A stretch of DNA of 64,000 nucleotides, taken from NCBI RefSeq assembly GCF_964194155.1, contig NC_135909.1:13144001-13208000 (forward strand). The letters are read 5' to 3'. Shown piece by piece: positions 37,448 through 49,862 of the stretch (the first letter of the stretch is position 1; the number at the start of each line of letters is the position of its first letter). The translations under genes were made by a program, and so were the position numbers. The notes beneath the pieces were generated by a model that worked only from the letters and a program-made list of their open reading frames with translations, was not told the DNA's origin and did not search any database. Origin of the DNA: Cetorhinus maximus. Lineage: Eukaryota.

Positions 37448-39460
37448 ATGTCACTGTCAGCCTGTTCCTGCCCCACGGAACTCATTTCTTGCGAGCTTGA
37501 CTCCATTCTCTCCCCCCTTGTCCAGTCCCTTCCCACCTACATCCGTGATTCCTCTGACACCCTTCATCATATCAACAATTTCCAGTCCCCTGGCCTCAAC
37601 CGCCTCCTCTTCACCATGGACGTCCAATCCCTCTACACCTCCATCCCCCACCAGGATGGTCTGATGGCTCTCTGCTTCTTCCTCGAACAGAGGCCCGAAC
37701 AATCCCCATCCACCACTACTCTCCTCGTCTGGCTGAACTTGTTCTCACACTGAACAATTTCTCCTTAAACTCCTCTCACTTCCTCCAAATAAAATGTGTG
37801 GCTATGGGTACGCGCATGGGCCCCAGCTATGCCTGTCTCTTTATGGGGTATGTGGAACATTCCTTGTTCCAGTCCTACTCCGGCCCCCTGCCACAACTCT
37901 TTCTCCGGTACATCGAAGATTACTTCGGTGCTGCTTCATGCTCTCATCGGGACCTGGAAAAATTTATTAATTTTGCATCCAATCTCCACCCCTCCATCAT
38001 TTTCACATGGTCCATCTCTGACACTTCCTTTCCCTTCCATGACCTCTCTGTCTCAATTTCTGGTGATAGACTGTCTGCCAATATTCATCACAAACCTACC
38101 GACTCCCACAGCTACCTTGACTACAGCTGCTCACACTCCGCTTCCTGTAAGGACTCCATCCCTTTCTCTCAGTTCCTTCACCTCCGTCGCATCTGTTCTG
38201 ATGAGTCCACTTTCAAAAACAGTTCCTCTGACATGACTTCCTTCTTCCTTAACCGAGGTTTTCCATCCACGATAGTTGACAGGGCCCTCAACTGTATCCG
38301 GCCCATCTCCCTCACATCTGACCTCACACCTTCCTCTCACTCCCAGAACTATGATAGGGTCCCACTTGTCCTCACTTATTACCCCACCAGCCTCTGCATT
38401 CAGAGGATCATCCTCCACCATTTACGCCAACTCCAGCATGATGCCACCACCAAACACATCTTCCCTTCACCCGCCCTGGCGGCATTCCACAGGGATTGTT
38501 CCCTCTCGGACACCCTGGTCCACTCCTCCATCACCCCCTAAACCTCAACCCCCTCCCACGGCGCTTTCCCATGCAACCGCAGAAGGTCCAAAACGTGCGC
38601 CTTTACTTCCCCTCTCCTCACCATCCAAGGCCCCATACACTCCTTTCAAGTGAAGCAGCATTTCCCTTGCACTTCCCTCAAATTAGTCTACTGCATTCGT
38701 TGCTCCCAATGCGGTTTCCTTTACATTGGAGAGACCAAACGCAGACTGGTTAACCGTTTTGCGGAACACCTGCAGTCTGTCCGCAAGCATGACCCAGTCC
38801 TCCCTGTCGCTTGCTATTTGAACACTCCAGCCTGCTCTCATGCCCACATGTCCGTCCTTAGCCTCTGCATTGTTCCAGTGAAGCTCAATGCAAACTGGAG
38901 GAACAGCACCTCATCTTCCGACTAGGCACTTTACAGCCTTCTGGACTGAATATTGAGTGCAACAATTTTAGATCATGAACTCTCTGCTACATCCCCACCC
39001 TCTTTCCGATCCCCCTTTTTATTCCCCAATAATTTATATAGATTTTTCATTTCCCACCTATTTCCATTATTTTTAAATGTATTTCCGTCCATTGTTTTAT
39101 CTCTACCTTTTAGCCGATTTCGATCCCTTCCCTTCACCCCACCCCCACTAGGGCTATCTGTACCTTGCTTGTCCTGCTTTCTACCCTTAATTAGCACATT
39201 CCGTAGATAATATCACCACCTTCAACACCTCTTTATCCTTTTGTCTATGACATTTTTTGGCTATCTGTAGCTATCAATGACCCTCTATCCAGCTCTACCT
39301 GTCCCACACCCCCTCTCCCTTAAACCAGCTTATATTTCACCTCTTTGCTGTTTTTACTTAGTTCTGTTGAAGAGTCATATGGACTCGAAACATTAACTGT
39401 GTTCGTCTCTGCAGATGCTGCCAGACCTGATGAGTATTTCCAGGTATTTTTATTTTTGTT
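37448..39460 (+). mobile_element. Penelope-like retroelement (RT, GIY-YIG, 3' terminal repeat), frameshifted
   Basis: LFTMDVQSLYTSIPH; AMGTRMGPSYACLFM; FLRYIEDYF (RT motif); LVYCIRCSQCGFLYIGETKRRL..RFAEHL (GIY-YIG). Confidence 0.92.
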
Positions 39461-39726
39461 CACATCTACACATTGACAGGACAAACTGTGTCTCAGATTC
39501 ACAGCTCCCAGGACAGGCTTTCCTCTCCTCTCGGCCTGAGCTGTGGATTCTCGGGAATTAGTTGTAGTTTCCCAGCTCAGTAACTGTTAAACCCTCTGAG
39601 ACTGGAGCTGCTCACAGTGTCTGTTCCCCAGATTCAGGATGCTGCAGCCAATCACAGCTGTGCCTGGGTTAACCCGTAACTGGTTTAAATTATTATCTTG
39701 TTCAAAGGCAAATTTACTTTTGATCA

Positions 39727-42358
39727 TTGGAGGGGGAATCGAATGAAACTTTGTGGGTAGAGCTTAGGAATAATAAAGGGGCAACCACATTATTCGGTGT
39801 TTATTATAGACCCCCAGATAGTCAGTGGGAAATTGAGGAGCAAATATGTGCACAATTTTTGGAGGAGGGTAAAAACAATGACAATAGGGCGATTATATTA
39901 GGTGATTTCAACTTTCCCAACATTAATTGGGATAGACAGAGTGTTAAGGGCTCGGATGGAGTGCATTCCTTGAAATGTGTACAGGAGAACGTTTTAGGTC
40001 AATATGTAGAGGGTCCAATAAGGGATGGTGCATTGCTGGACCTAATTCTGGCGAATGAAGCTGGACAGGTGGCTGAGGTAGTGTTGGGCGAGCATTTTAG
40101 TGATAGCGACCACAACATAGTACAGTTTAAATTTGTTATGGACAAAGAAATCGAAACGTTGCAAAAAAATGTTTTGGACTGGGGGAGAGTGGATTTTAGT
40201 AAAATAAGGCAAGATCTGGCCAAGATAGACTGGGAACAGTCACTTGTGGGAAAATCTACAGTGGAACAGTGGGGGGTGTTCATAAAGGAAATGGGGTGGG
40301 TACAGGCTCAACATGTTCCCTCTAGGGTGATAGGAAGTAGTAACAAGCCCAGAGAACCATGGATAACCAGAGATATTCAGGTTAAGATGAGATAGAAAAT
40401 AGAGGCTTTTAGCAGGTACAAGGAATGCAAATCAGCAGAGACATTAGTGGAGAACGGACAGTGCAGTGTGGAGCTTAAGAAAGCAATTAGGAGAGCAAAA
40501 GGGGATATGAGAGAGCTCTGGCTGGTAAAAGAATGGAAAATCCCAAGATATTCAAGAAGTATATCAATGGGAAGAGGATAACCAGGGAAATAGTATATGG
40601 GATCAAGTGGGCATTCCATGGGTGGAGTCAGAGGACATTGCTAGAGTTTTGAATGAATACTTCACGTCTGTCTTCACCCAAGAGAATGGGGATGAATGTA
40701 TCGAACTCGGGGAGAAAGACTGCGAGGTACTTAAGCAAATTGATATAGCGATTGACAAGGTATTGGTGGTGTTGGCAGGTTTAAAAGTGGACAAGTCTCC
40801 AGGTTCGGATGATTTGTATCCCAGACTGCTGAAGGAGGCAAGGGAGGAGATCACAGGGGCTCTGATCCAAATTTTAATTCCTCTCTGGCCACGGGGAAGG
40901 TACCAGAGGACTGGAGAACAGCTAATGTGGTTCCACTATTTAAGAAGGGTTGTAGAGATAAACCAGGGAACTACAGGCCAGTGAGTATCACGTCAGTGGT
41001 AGGGAAAGTATTGGAGAAATTTCTGAAGGAGAGTATCTATTTCCACTTGCAGAGGCAAGATTTGATCAGCGATAGTCAGCATGGCTTCGTCAGAGGGAGG
41101 TCATGCCTAACAAATTTGATTGAATTTTTGAGGAGGTGACCAGGTGTGTAGATGAGGGTAGTGCAGTTGATGTAGTTTATATGGCTTTCAGCAAAGCCTT
41201 TGACAAGATCCCACGTGGGAGACTTATAAAGAAGGCAAAGGCACATGGGATACAGGGTAATTTGATAAGTTGGATTCAAAATTGGCTTAGTTGTAGGAGG
41301 CAGAGTGTGATGACAGAAGGATGCTTTAGTGACTGGAAGCCAGTGTCCAGTGGCGTACCACACCGATCTGTCCTCTGTCCCCTATTGTTTGTCATTTATT
41401 TTAAACGACTTAGATGACTATGTGGGGGGTAGGATTACTAAGTTTGCGGATGACACAAAGATTGGCCGGGTGGTTAACAGTGAGGTTGAGTGACTTGGGC
41501 TACAGGAAGATATAGATGGGATGGTCAAATGGGCAGATACGTGGCAGATGGAATTTAACCCTGAAAAGTGCGAGGTGATACAGTTTGGATGGAGTAATTT
41601 TACAACGTAGCATAGCAACGTAGCAATGAGTAGCATGGCAGTAGGAAGTTATGAGGAACAAAGGGACCTTGGCGTGTGTGTCCAGAGATCTCTGAAGGTG
41701 GAGGGACATGTTAGTGGGTTGGTGAAAAAGGCATATGGGACACTTGCCTTTATCAATCGAGGCATAGATTACAAAAGTAGGGAGGTCATGTTGGAGTTAC
41801 ATAGAACCTTGGTGAGACCACTGTGCAGTTCTGGTCGCCACATTAAACGAAGGATGTGATTACACTGGAGGGGGTGCAGAGGAGATTCACCAGGATGTTG
41901 CCTGGGATGAAACATTTCAGTTACGAAGAGAGGTAGGATAGACTTGGGTTGTTTTCGTTGGAGCAGAGAAGACGGAGGTGCGACCTGATCGAGGTGTACA
42001 AGATTATGAGGGGCATAGACAGGGAGCAGCTTTTCCCCTTTCAGGAAGGGTCAGTCAAAAGGGGGCATAAGTACAAGGTGAGGGGCAGGAGGTTTAGGGG
42101 GGATGTGAGGAAAAACTTTTTTACCCAGAGGGTGGTGACGGTCTGCAATGCACTGCCTGGGAGGGTGGTGGAGGTGGGTTGCCACACATTGGTTAAAAAG
42201 TACCTGGGTAAGCACTTGGCACGTCATAACATACAAGGCTATGGGCCACGTGCTGGTAAATGGGATTAGGTAGGTAGGTCAGGCGTTTCTCACGTGTCGC
42301 TGCAGAATCGTTGGGCCGAAGGGCCTCTTCTGCACTGTGATTGTGTGATTCTGTGATT
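39727..42358 (+). mobile_element. CR1 LINE, 5'-truncated ORF2 (endonuclease + RT), decayed
   Basis: GVYYRPP..IILGDFNFPNINW (APE); NYRPVSITSVVGKVLE..SQHGF; FSKAFDKIP; KFADD; 3' ATTCTGTG-type repeat at about 42340-42358. Confidence 0.95.
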
Positions 42359-42639
42359 TGAAGATAGACTGTGCGCACTCAGCCACTAAACAACAGTATC
42401 GCGCCTCCATGTGGAGTTCAAGAGAGAGGGGTTGGAGGGATAGACAGAGACAGAGTGAGTGAGGGCGGGGAGACACAGACAATGCATCAGTTGCAGAAAT
42501 CCTTGTAAATTCTGGTGTTATCCAGAAAGATTCTCATGGAGAGGCAGAAGCTGCAGTCTCAGATCTTAATGATATTGTAACAGAGACACATCATTAATCC
42601 CACACGCAGGAATAATGCTGTATTTTAACAGAAACGAGG

Positions 42640-43350
42640 CAGTATGAACATAATGGACCAGTTCTAAAAATTGTGCAAGGTCAGAGGGACCAAGAGTCTT
42701 TATATCTTTGAAGGTGACAGGAGATTTTGAGGGAGTAGTTAGGAAAGCAGATGGGATCTTTGGTTTCATCAACAGAGGTACTGAGCATACAGGCAGGAAC
42801 GTTATGTTTAACATTAATGAAGCTCTGGTTAAGCTGCAACTAGAATATTGCCTACATGTCTGGTCACCACGTTTTTGGAAGGATGTGAGAGTCTTTGAGA
42901 GAGTGCAAAGGAGATTTACCAGAATAGTTCCAGGCATGAGGGATTACAGCTGCAAGGTTTGTTTGCCGAATCCGGAGTTGCTCTCCTTGAAACAACCGAG
43001 ATTGAGGGGAGGTCTGGGAGAGGTGTACAGGATTATAACAGGTTTTGATCAGGTAGATAATGGAAAGCTGTTCCCATTAGCTGAGAGAAGAAGGATTAGG
43101 CAGCATGGATTTAAAATTTAAGACAAGATGTACAGGGGGGATGTGTGCAAGAAATTTGTTACACTCTGGGTAATGAGCTGGATCTTGATCCCTCTGGGCA
43201 TTGTGGAAACGGAGATGTTCAATGATTTCAAATGGAAATTGGGTGGGCGCTTGTGGGAAATAAAGTTGCAGGAATGGAGCAGGAGAATGGGACTGACTGG
43301 ATTATTCTACAGACAGTCAGACTGGATGGACCGTATGGCCTCCTTCTGAG
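42640..43350 (+). mobile_element. CR1 LINE 3' fragment
   Basis: ORF 42708..43121 LEYCLHVWSP..ERVQRRFTRIVPGM. Confidence 0.85.
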
Positions 43351-44241
43351 CAGCAATGTCTCCATGACTCTATGTCTCTCTTTCCGTATGACAGTGTCAG
43401 TGAGTGAGAAACAGTGGCCCATGTTTAACCCTCGGTTCTCCGTTGCACTCCCTGCAGCTCAGGGCCATTGGGTATCACTCTCAGTGAGTGAGTGTTTCAC
43501 TCGGATTGAATGAATCTGTTAGAGTTCCTGACAGATATTAACTCCTGCACGGTCCTAGCAAACACCCCGACTACCGGCTTCCTCCAGTGATTCTGCAGGA
43601 TTGCTTTGTGATGACGGGCCCCTGAACAGCAAAAAGGCTGCACAGAAAGATCCCAAGCTGAAATTCATAAGGGGTCGAGTCCTAATTTTCATCGTTCCCT
43701 TTCTCAGGAGCTCCACATCTTTTGCTGATCGCGGATATAAGTGAATCGGAGAACGTTTCAAAACAAAATTGTTTCACGGAATGTTGTAGAATTCTGCGTC
43801 ATTCCGACCCACCAGAGCTCAATGGGTGGGAGCGGAAGAGCGCATTGGCGCTGCTCTCCCCCAGCTCCACCTGGGACAGGAAGAGCCGCCAATGAAGAGA
43901 CCCCGGTCCTGGGGGAATGGAACAAACAGCAGCCTCCTGGGAGGAGGAAGTCAAAATGGCAAGAAGCTGTTATTGAAAATCATTGCTGGTTTTTCTCCAC
44001 AAAGCAACTGTGAATAATCCTGGTTGAGTTCTCGCTCCGCAGGTTTGTTGATATTGGACAGTGAGGAGTGGGAACAGAGCCGGACAGTCAGGACGTGGGG
44101 AGTCAGACAAGGAGCAGCTATTGCAGGCACCAGATGAGAAATAGGACGGGCACTTTTTAAACATCGGCAGTTTGGATTCGGTGGCAGTTTTATTAGTGGA
44201 GATGATGGCGTAGCAGGAATCTGGAGTTCCAGCTTAATGAA

Positions 44242-44610
44242 CATAAGAACAGAAGGAATAAAGAGCAGGAATAGGCCTCTCGGCCCCTCGAGTTTGCTCC
44301 ACCATTCAGTAAGGTCATGGTTGATCTGATTGTAACCTCAGCTCCACATTCCTGTCTACCCTCGATAACCTCTCACCCACTTGCTTTCAAGAGTCTACCC
44401 CTGCTTTATAAGTATTCAGAGAATCCGCTTCCACCCTCTTTTGAGGAAGAGAGTTCCAAAGACTCAAGACCCTGAGCGAGAAAAAAAATCTCCTCATCTC
44501 TGTCTTAAATGGACGACCCTTTATTTTTAAACTGTGACCGTGAGTTCTAGATTCTCCTCCAAGAGGAACCATCCTCTCCACACCTACCGTGTCAAGAAAC
44601 ATCAGGACCC
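44242..44610 (-). mobile_element. CR1 LINE 3' end
   Basis: ORF 44387..44602 SRTHGHSLKIKGRPFKTEMRRFFFSLRVLSLWNSLP. Confidence 0.85.
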
Positions 44611-44792
44611 CCTCAGGATAATGTTATGGAGGCGAGGGATCAAATCCCACCACAGCTGCTGGTGACATATAATTTAAAAAACCTTGAAAGTCACGTTGAT
44701 AAAAACCCATCTGGTTCACGCACTCTCCTGCTCCTTTTGAACGAATATACATTCCGGAGACTTGGGCTCACTGCCGGACTAACTTAGTGCTA

Positions 44793-44995
44793 ACAAAAAC
44801 AGAAAATGCTGGAAAAACCCAGGAGGTCTAACAACATCTGTGGAGAGAAAGACAGAGTTTACCTTTCATGTATTTATGACTCTTAAGCGTTAACTCTGTC
44901 TTTCACTCCATAGATGCGGTTAGACCTGCTGAGTTTTTCCAGCATTTTCTATTTTTCTGTCAGATTTCCAGCATCTGCACTATGTTGCTCTTATC
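44793..44995. repeat. Inverted-repeat (hairpin) element built from Penelope terminal sequence
   Basis: CAGAAAATGCTGGAAAAACCCAGG..TGTGGAGAGAAAGACAGAGTT opposite AACTCTGTCTTTCACTCCATAG..GAGTTTTTCCAGCATTTTCT. Confidence 0.7.
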
Positions 44996-46099
44996 TTACT
45001 GTGTTGTTGGTGCTTGTGGAACTGGTGTCTCTGCTCTCTGTGAGTGATACTGTACTTACTGTGTGAGAAGGAGCTGGCTGCACTTCTCCTTTTGTCACCG
45101 AATCACTATTTCAATTCTGCTGCTATCAAACTTTTGCCTGTAGGAAGAAAAAGGTATTTATAATAATTCAAAGAGAGGTGATGTAGCAAATATAAAATAG
45201 ACCAACGCATTTGTTTCAATTAATAGTCATTATGAAAAAACAGAAAATTAAAAGCAGCAACTCAAGCGGGGTCTTGTCTGAAGGTCTCGGCAACTAATTC
45301 TGGCCTTGTCAGCGCCTCCTACAACCCGTGAACAAATAGAAACATAAGTGGATCCCGAGTGTGGGAAGTAGTAATTTGAACTGTACAGAACTCCCTGCTC
45401 TGTCACTCAGTCCCATCCATGGAGCAGTGGATTGTTTCTGGATGGCAGGAAATTGTTGTAAAGTGATCCAAGCCCTTGGTCTGCAGTAGCTGGGTGCTGC
45501 AGCACTGTCGTACAATCAGACACTAACTCTGTTCAGAGAGAGAGAGAGAGAGAGTGGATGCAAATCATCCTCTAACCCGAAGGTCTGAATAATAGTAAAA
45601 ATAATGGAGACATTCCGATACAGAATTAACCCCAATTCCCATGGCAGTAACGGTGTCTAATAGACACAGAATGATTCCAACATTCACAGTCAGTACCACT
45701 GCCTGATACACAAATAATCCCACTTCCCCTGGCAGTAATGGGGTCTCATAGACACAGAATGATCCCTACGTTCACATTCAGTACCAGTGCCTGATACAGA
45801 ATTAACCTCACCCTCACATATAGTACCAGGCATTGACCCACAAAGAAGGAACCCTGCTCTCACAAATACAGAACAAATCTCGCTCAAGTCCAATAACAGA
45901 GTTCTCAGGATGTATCACACAATCACATTCATCACTAGAAGGTAACAGATACAGCTGAGAATTGACGACTGTTTTCCAGTTGGGAATTAACCAGATTTTC
46001 ACTCAAGAAGAGGGAACATCTCAGCACAACATGGAACACATTAACATGACAGGGAAAATTAAGGCCCCTGAAAGAAAATAATTGCCCAATAGAAAACAC

Positions 46100-46995
46100 C
46101 CTCACTGAGTAACAGAGAACATCTTTGCACAACAGGGAGCACTTTGAAACAACAGAGAACATTTTTACGCAGCTGGGAACACGTTTGCACGACAGGGAAG
46201 TGCGTTACACAACGGTGAAGATCTCCCAACAGCAGAAAGCACAGTTACACAATAGAGAGCACAGTTACACAAGAGAGGGCACAGTCACACAACGGAGAGC
46301 ATTGTTACACAACAGGGAGCCAAGTTAGATAACAAAGGGCACAGTTATACAACAGATATACAATTACATAATCGTGAATACAGTTGCACATCAGAGGGCA
46401 CAGTTCCACAACAGAGCGTACAGTTAAACAACAAAAGGCACAGTTACGCAACAGAGGGCACAGTTAAACAACAAAGGGCACAGTTCGACGACAGAGGGCA
46501 CAATTAAACAGATGACACAGCTACACAACAGAAAGCACAGTACCACAGCAGGGAGCATATTTACACGACAGATAGCACAATTACACAACAGAGAGCACAG
46601 TGAAACAACACAGGTCGCAGTTACACAATAGTGGGCGGAGTAACAGAACAGAGAGCACAGTTATACGAGCACAGCTACACAACAGAGAGCACAGTTGAAC
46701 AACAGAGAACAGAGTCTCGCAACAAAGAGCACAGTTACACAACAGAGAGCACTTTTATACAAAAGGGTGCACATGCACAAAACAGAGTGCACAGTTACAC
46801 AACAGGGAGCAGAATCACACAACAGATTTCACAGTTACACAACAGGGTGCACAATTACATTACACGATGCAGAGTTACACAACAGAGCACACAGTTACAC
46901 AACAGGGTGCACAGTTACACAAAAGGGTGCACAATAACATTACACGATGCAGAGTTACACAACAGGAGTCATTATTACAAACAGGGGACATGTCT
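46100..46995 (+). repeat. 20-bp minisatellite (GCACAGTTACACAACAGAGA)n
   Basis: Dozens of imperfect tandem units; an inverted, more degenerate relative lies at about 20400-20690. Confidence 0.9.
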
Positions 46996-47269
46996 GTGCA
47001 TCTGGGAACAGTTTACAGAAATTATTAGTTGCTCCACCTCAGTGTCTTGCTAATTTTCTCGGCGTCTTTCTCTGTCATCTTGTGTGTCCTAACAGTCTCT
47101 AGCTGCCTTTCTGTGTGTGTTTCTCTGTCTGTTTCTGGTGTTACGCAGTGGAATTGTGCAGCCAAGATGATCCACCCAACACATCTTCTCTCGCTCAAAA
47201 GCACTAAACAAGTGACCATTTAGCTCCCTAATACATAAAACTAACATTCATCAACTACTGACAATATAT

Positions 47270-47341
47270 AGCAGAGTGGAGCAGCGGAAGCGTGCTGGGC
47301 CCATAACCCAAAGGTTGAAGGATCGAAACCATCCTCTGCTA
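47270..47341 (+). tRNA. tRNA-iMet(CAT), full length with about 4 substitutions (possibly non-functional)
   Basis: AGCAGAGTGGAGCAGCGGAAGCGTGCTGGGCCCATAACCCAAAGGTTGAAGGATCGAAACCATCCTCTGCTA; mismatches in the D and T stems. Confidence 0.8.
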
Positions 47342-48139
47342 TTTATATACTTACTAAAATAAACATTTTGCTGCTACCCACAAACTTATCTGATTTGTAG
47401 CGATTAGCATTGGCATCTCGCTTCCTGTAAACACTTCAGTCTGCAACAAATATCTCAAATTGCTTTTATTCACACAAGGATGCTAGCTGCAATTGCTACA
47501 AACACACACCAGCCGAGACCAGCCCATTTCTCACAAAGAGCTGGCACAGTCGGAATGTTCTTCACTCGTTCACTCTCACCCCATCATGACCTGAATAGGA
47601 AATTCCTGAGATGGGAAAATATAGTGAAATTGATATTTATTACATGCAGTCTGTCCGACCTATATGACAAGCAGCAGTAATTCACCATTCTAATTTGGAC
47701 AACAGCTTCCTACACTGCAACATGTACCATCGAGGAAGAGAGAATCATCATAGTGAAGACAGCATCATGTCAAAGGCAGTTAATCAATATTTAGATAGAT
47801 ATCAGCGTTCCTGCTTAATTACTGATTTAAAACTGGGATAGTGAAGTTTCCTTCCTTGGGCCTTGCATCAGATACCTTTTATACAGTAAACACCTTTGAG
47901 AGCCTCTGATTCTTTCCTTTATCCTGTTAGTAGCTGTTCGGAATTTAATGTGTTCAGCTTCCTGCTCATTCTGCCCTTAACGACCTTACTTAAGGTGAAA
48001 ATTGTAACACTTTTGTGACCTTTCTCTGCCTCTAACATTATGTGGTCACTCATTGCTAGATGCTCATATACTGTCAGAAAATTAATTACTTATCTCTCGT
48101 TACTTATTACTAAATCTAATATAACATTTTTCTCTTGTG

Positions 48140-48912
48140 GTTTCCAAATCAGGGTGGACTGCAGGAGAGGCTAAATGACAAAAGAGTCGATGATGCAAGG
48201 TTAAGGTAAATGGGCAAGTAACAAAACCAAAGATGTGTCTAAAGGAGGTGTGAATTAGGGCATGATGAACAGCTGCCATCCAAAAGCAAAAACAAGAGGA
48301 AAATGTGAATTCAACCAAAATATCCAATGGAAAAGATACACAATGGGGATTGAGATTACATTCTCAAATTGTACTCAGTATTCAGTCTGGAACGTTGTAA
48401 AGTTCTCAATTTAAAGATGAGACACGGTTCGTCGAGCTTACATTGAGATTCATTAGAAAACTGCAGGATGCCAAGGACAGAAAGGTCAGTGTGAGGACAA
48501 GATGGAAAATTAAAATCATAGGAGATCGGAAACTCAGAGTCGTACTTGCTGATAGAGCAGATGTTCATCAAAGCAATCACTGAAACTGCCTAACATAGAT
48601 GAGACCACCATTGTGAGCAGTGAATGCGGGGTGCTAAGTTAAAGAAATTACACATAAATCACTGTTTCAGCTGGAATGAGTATTTTGGTGAGGACAGGTA
48701 ATATTCCATACCAACACAGCTAATTTATCTTCCGTTTTTCTCAACTGGTTATCTCTCCTCTCTGTGATTGACAGGGCCCTCAAGCATTTCTGTTCCATTT
48801 CGCGAGCTCTGCTCTCATCACTTCCCTCTCTCCCAGAACACCAATAGGTTTCCCTTGTCCTCACCATCCTCCCCACCATCTTTCACATTTAATGGATCAT
48901 CCCTTGTCATTT
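48140..48912 (-). mobile_element. Old Penelope-like fragments
   Basis: ORF 48356..48580 SCPHTDLSVLGILQFSNESQCKLDE resembles the GIY-YIG C-terminus of the other copies. Confidence 0.6.
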
Positions 48913-49129
48913 CTTTGTAAGGCAGAGAGTTGTTGCGGTCTTAAACCCTCTGCCGTAATTGGTGGTGAAAGCCTAATCAAAATAAACTTTCAAAAGTGAA
49001 ACGAGTAAATACCGAAGGAAAAATATTTTAAAGCTATTGTAAAGGAGAAGGGGACTGGGACTGATTTGTATCTATAGAGCTTGCACAGAAACGATTAACA
49101 CAAACGTTTCCTCCCGAGTCGCTGTTTAG

Positions 49130-49440
49130 AATGAAATGGCGCTAAACGGTTCCCAGAATGCTCTGGGGTATGTAAAACGGCCTATCTCGAGCAGAAGGGC
49201 CGTACTGCGCCGGCGCTCCCATGTCCACCGGAAATCCTGTCTACGCCGAGCATGCGCGGTACAGCTCCCTAAAGCTGAGCTTGTTCGAGCGCAACCTCAG
49301 TAACACCGATTCTCAGAGTCCGAATCAGAGCCTCCGGGTCCGGCGGACGTGCGGCGAGGGACCCGGGGGACTTCACCATGAAACCGATGGTGCAGCGCCT
49401 CCCCCATCCCAGCCGCCGCTTCCCGGTTTCTTCTCCCGTT
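49130..49440 (+). promoter_or_regulatory. CpG-rich promoter-like region
   Basis: AAATGGCG (YY1-like), CCGGAAAT (ETS-like), GCATGCGC (NRF1-like), high CpG density. Confidence 0.45.
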
Positions 49441-49446
49441 TGCACC

Positions 49447-49862
49447 GAGTCTTTGATGCGGTAACAGAGAGGGTTGGGGAGGGTGATGCTGTTCATGTGG
49501 TTTACATGGATTTCCAAAAGGCATTTGATAAAGTCTCACACAACAGACTTGTCAACAAAGTTACAGCTCATGGAATAAAAGGGACAGAGCAACATGGATA
49601 TGGGATTGGCTGAGTGACAGGAAACAGGGTAGTGGTGAATGGTTGTTTTTCAGACTGTAAAAAGTTTATAGTGGAGTTATCCAGGGGTCGGGGTTCGGAC
49701 CCCTGCTCTTCCTGAAAAATATTGTTGACCTACTCCTTGGTGTATGGGGCACCATTTCAAAAGTTGCAGATGACATGAAACTTGGAGGTATTGTGAACTG
49801 TGAGGAGGATAGTGTTAAACTTCAAGAGGACATAAGCATATTGGTGAAATTGGCTGATATGT
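49447..49862 (+). mobile_element. CR1 RT fragment
   Basis: VHVVYMDFQKAFDKVSHNRL in ORF 49221..49613. Confidence 0.85.

Noticed and set aside
43800-44230. Promoter-like segment with CCAAT/ATTGG and YY1-like motifs; possible histone remnant
   Set aside because: No histone coding sequence or stem-loop nearby
46125-47053. Repetitive ORFs (HSYTT/QLHNR units), and a possible CRISPR-like array
   Set aside because: Translation of a 20-bp minisatellite; no unique spacers, no cas genes, eukaryotic context
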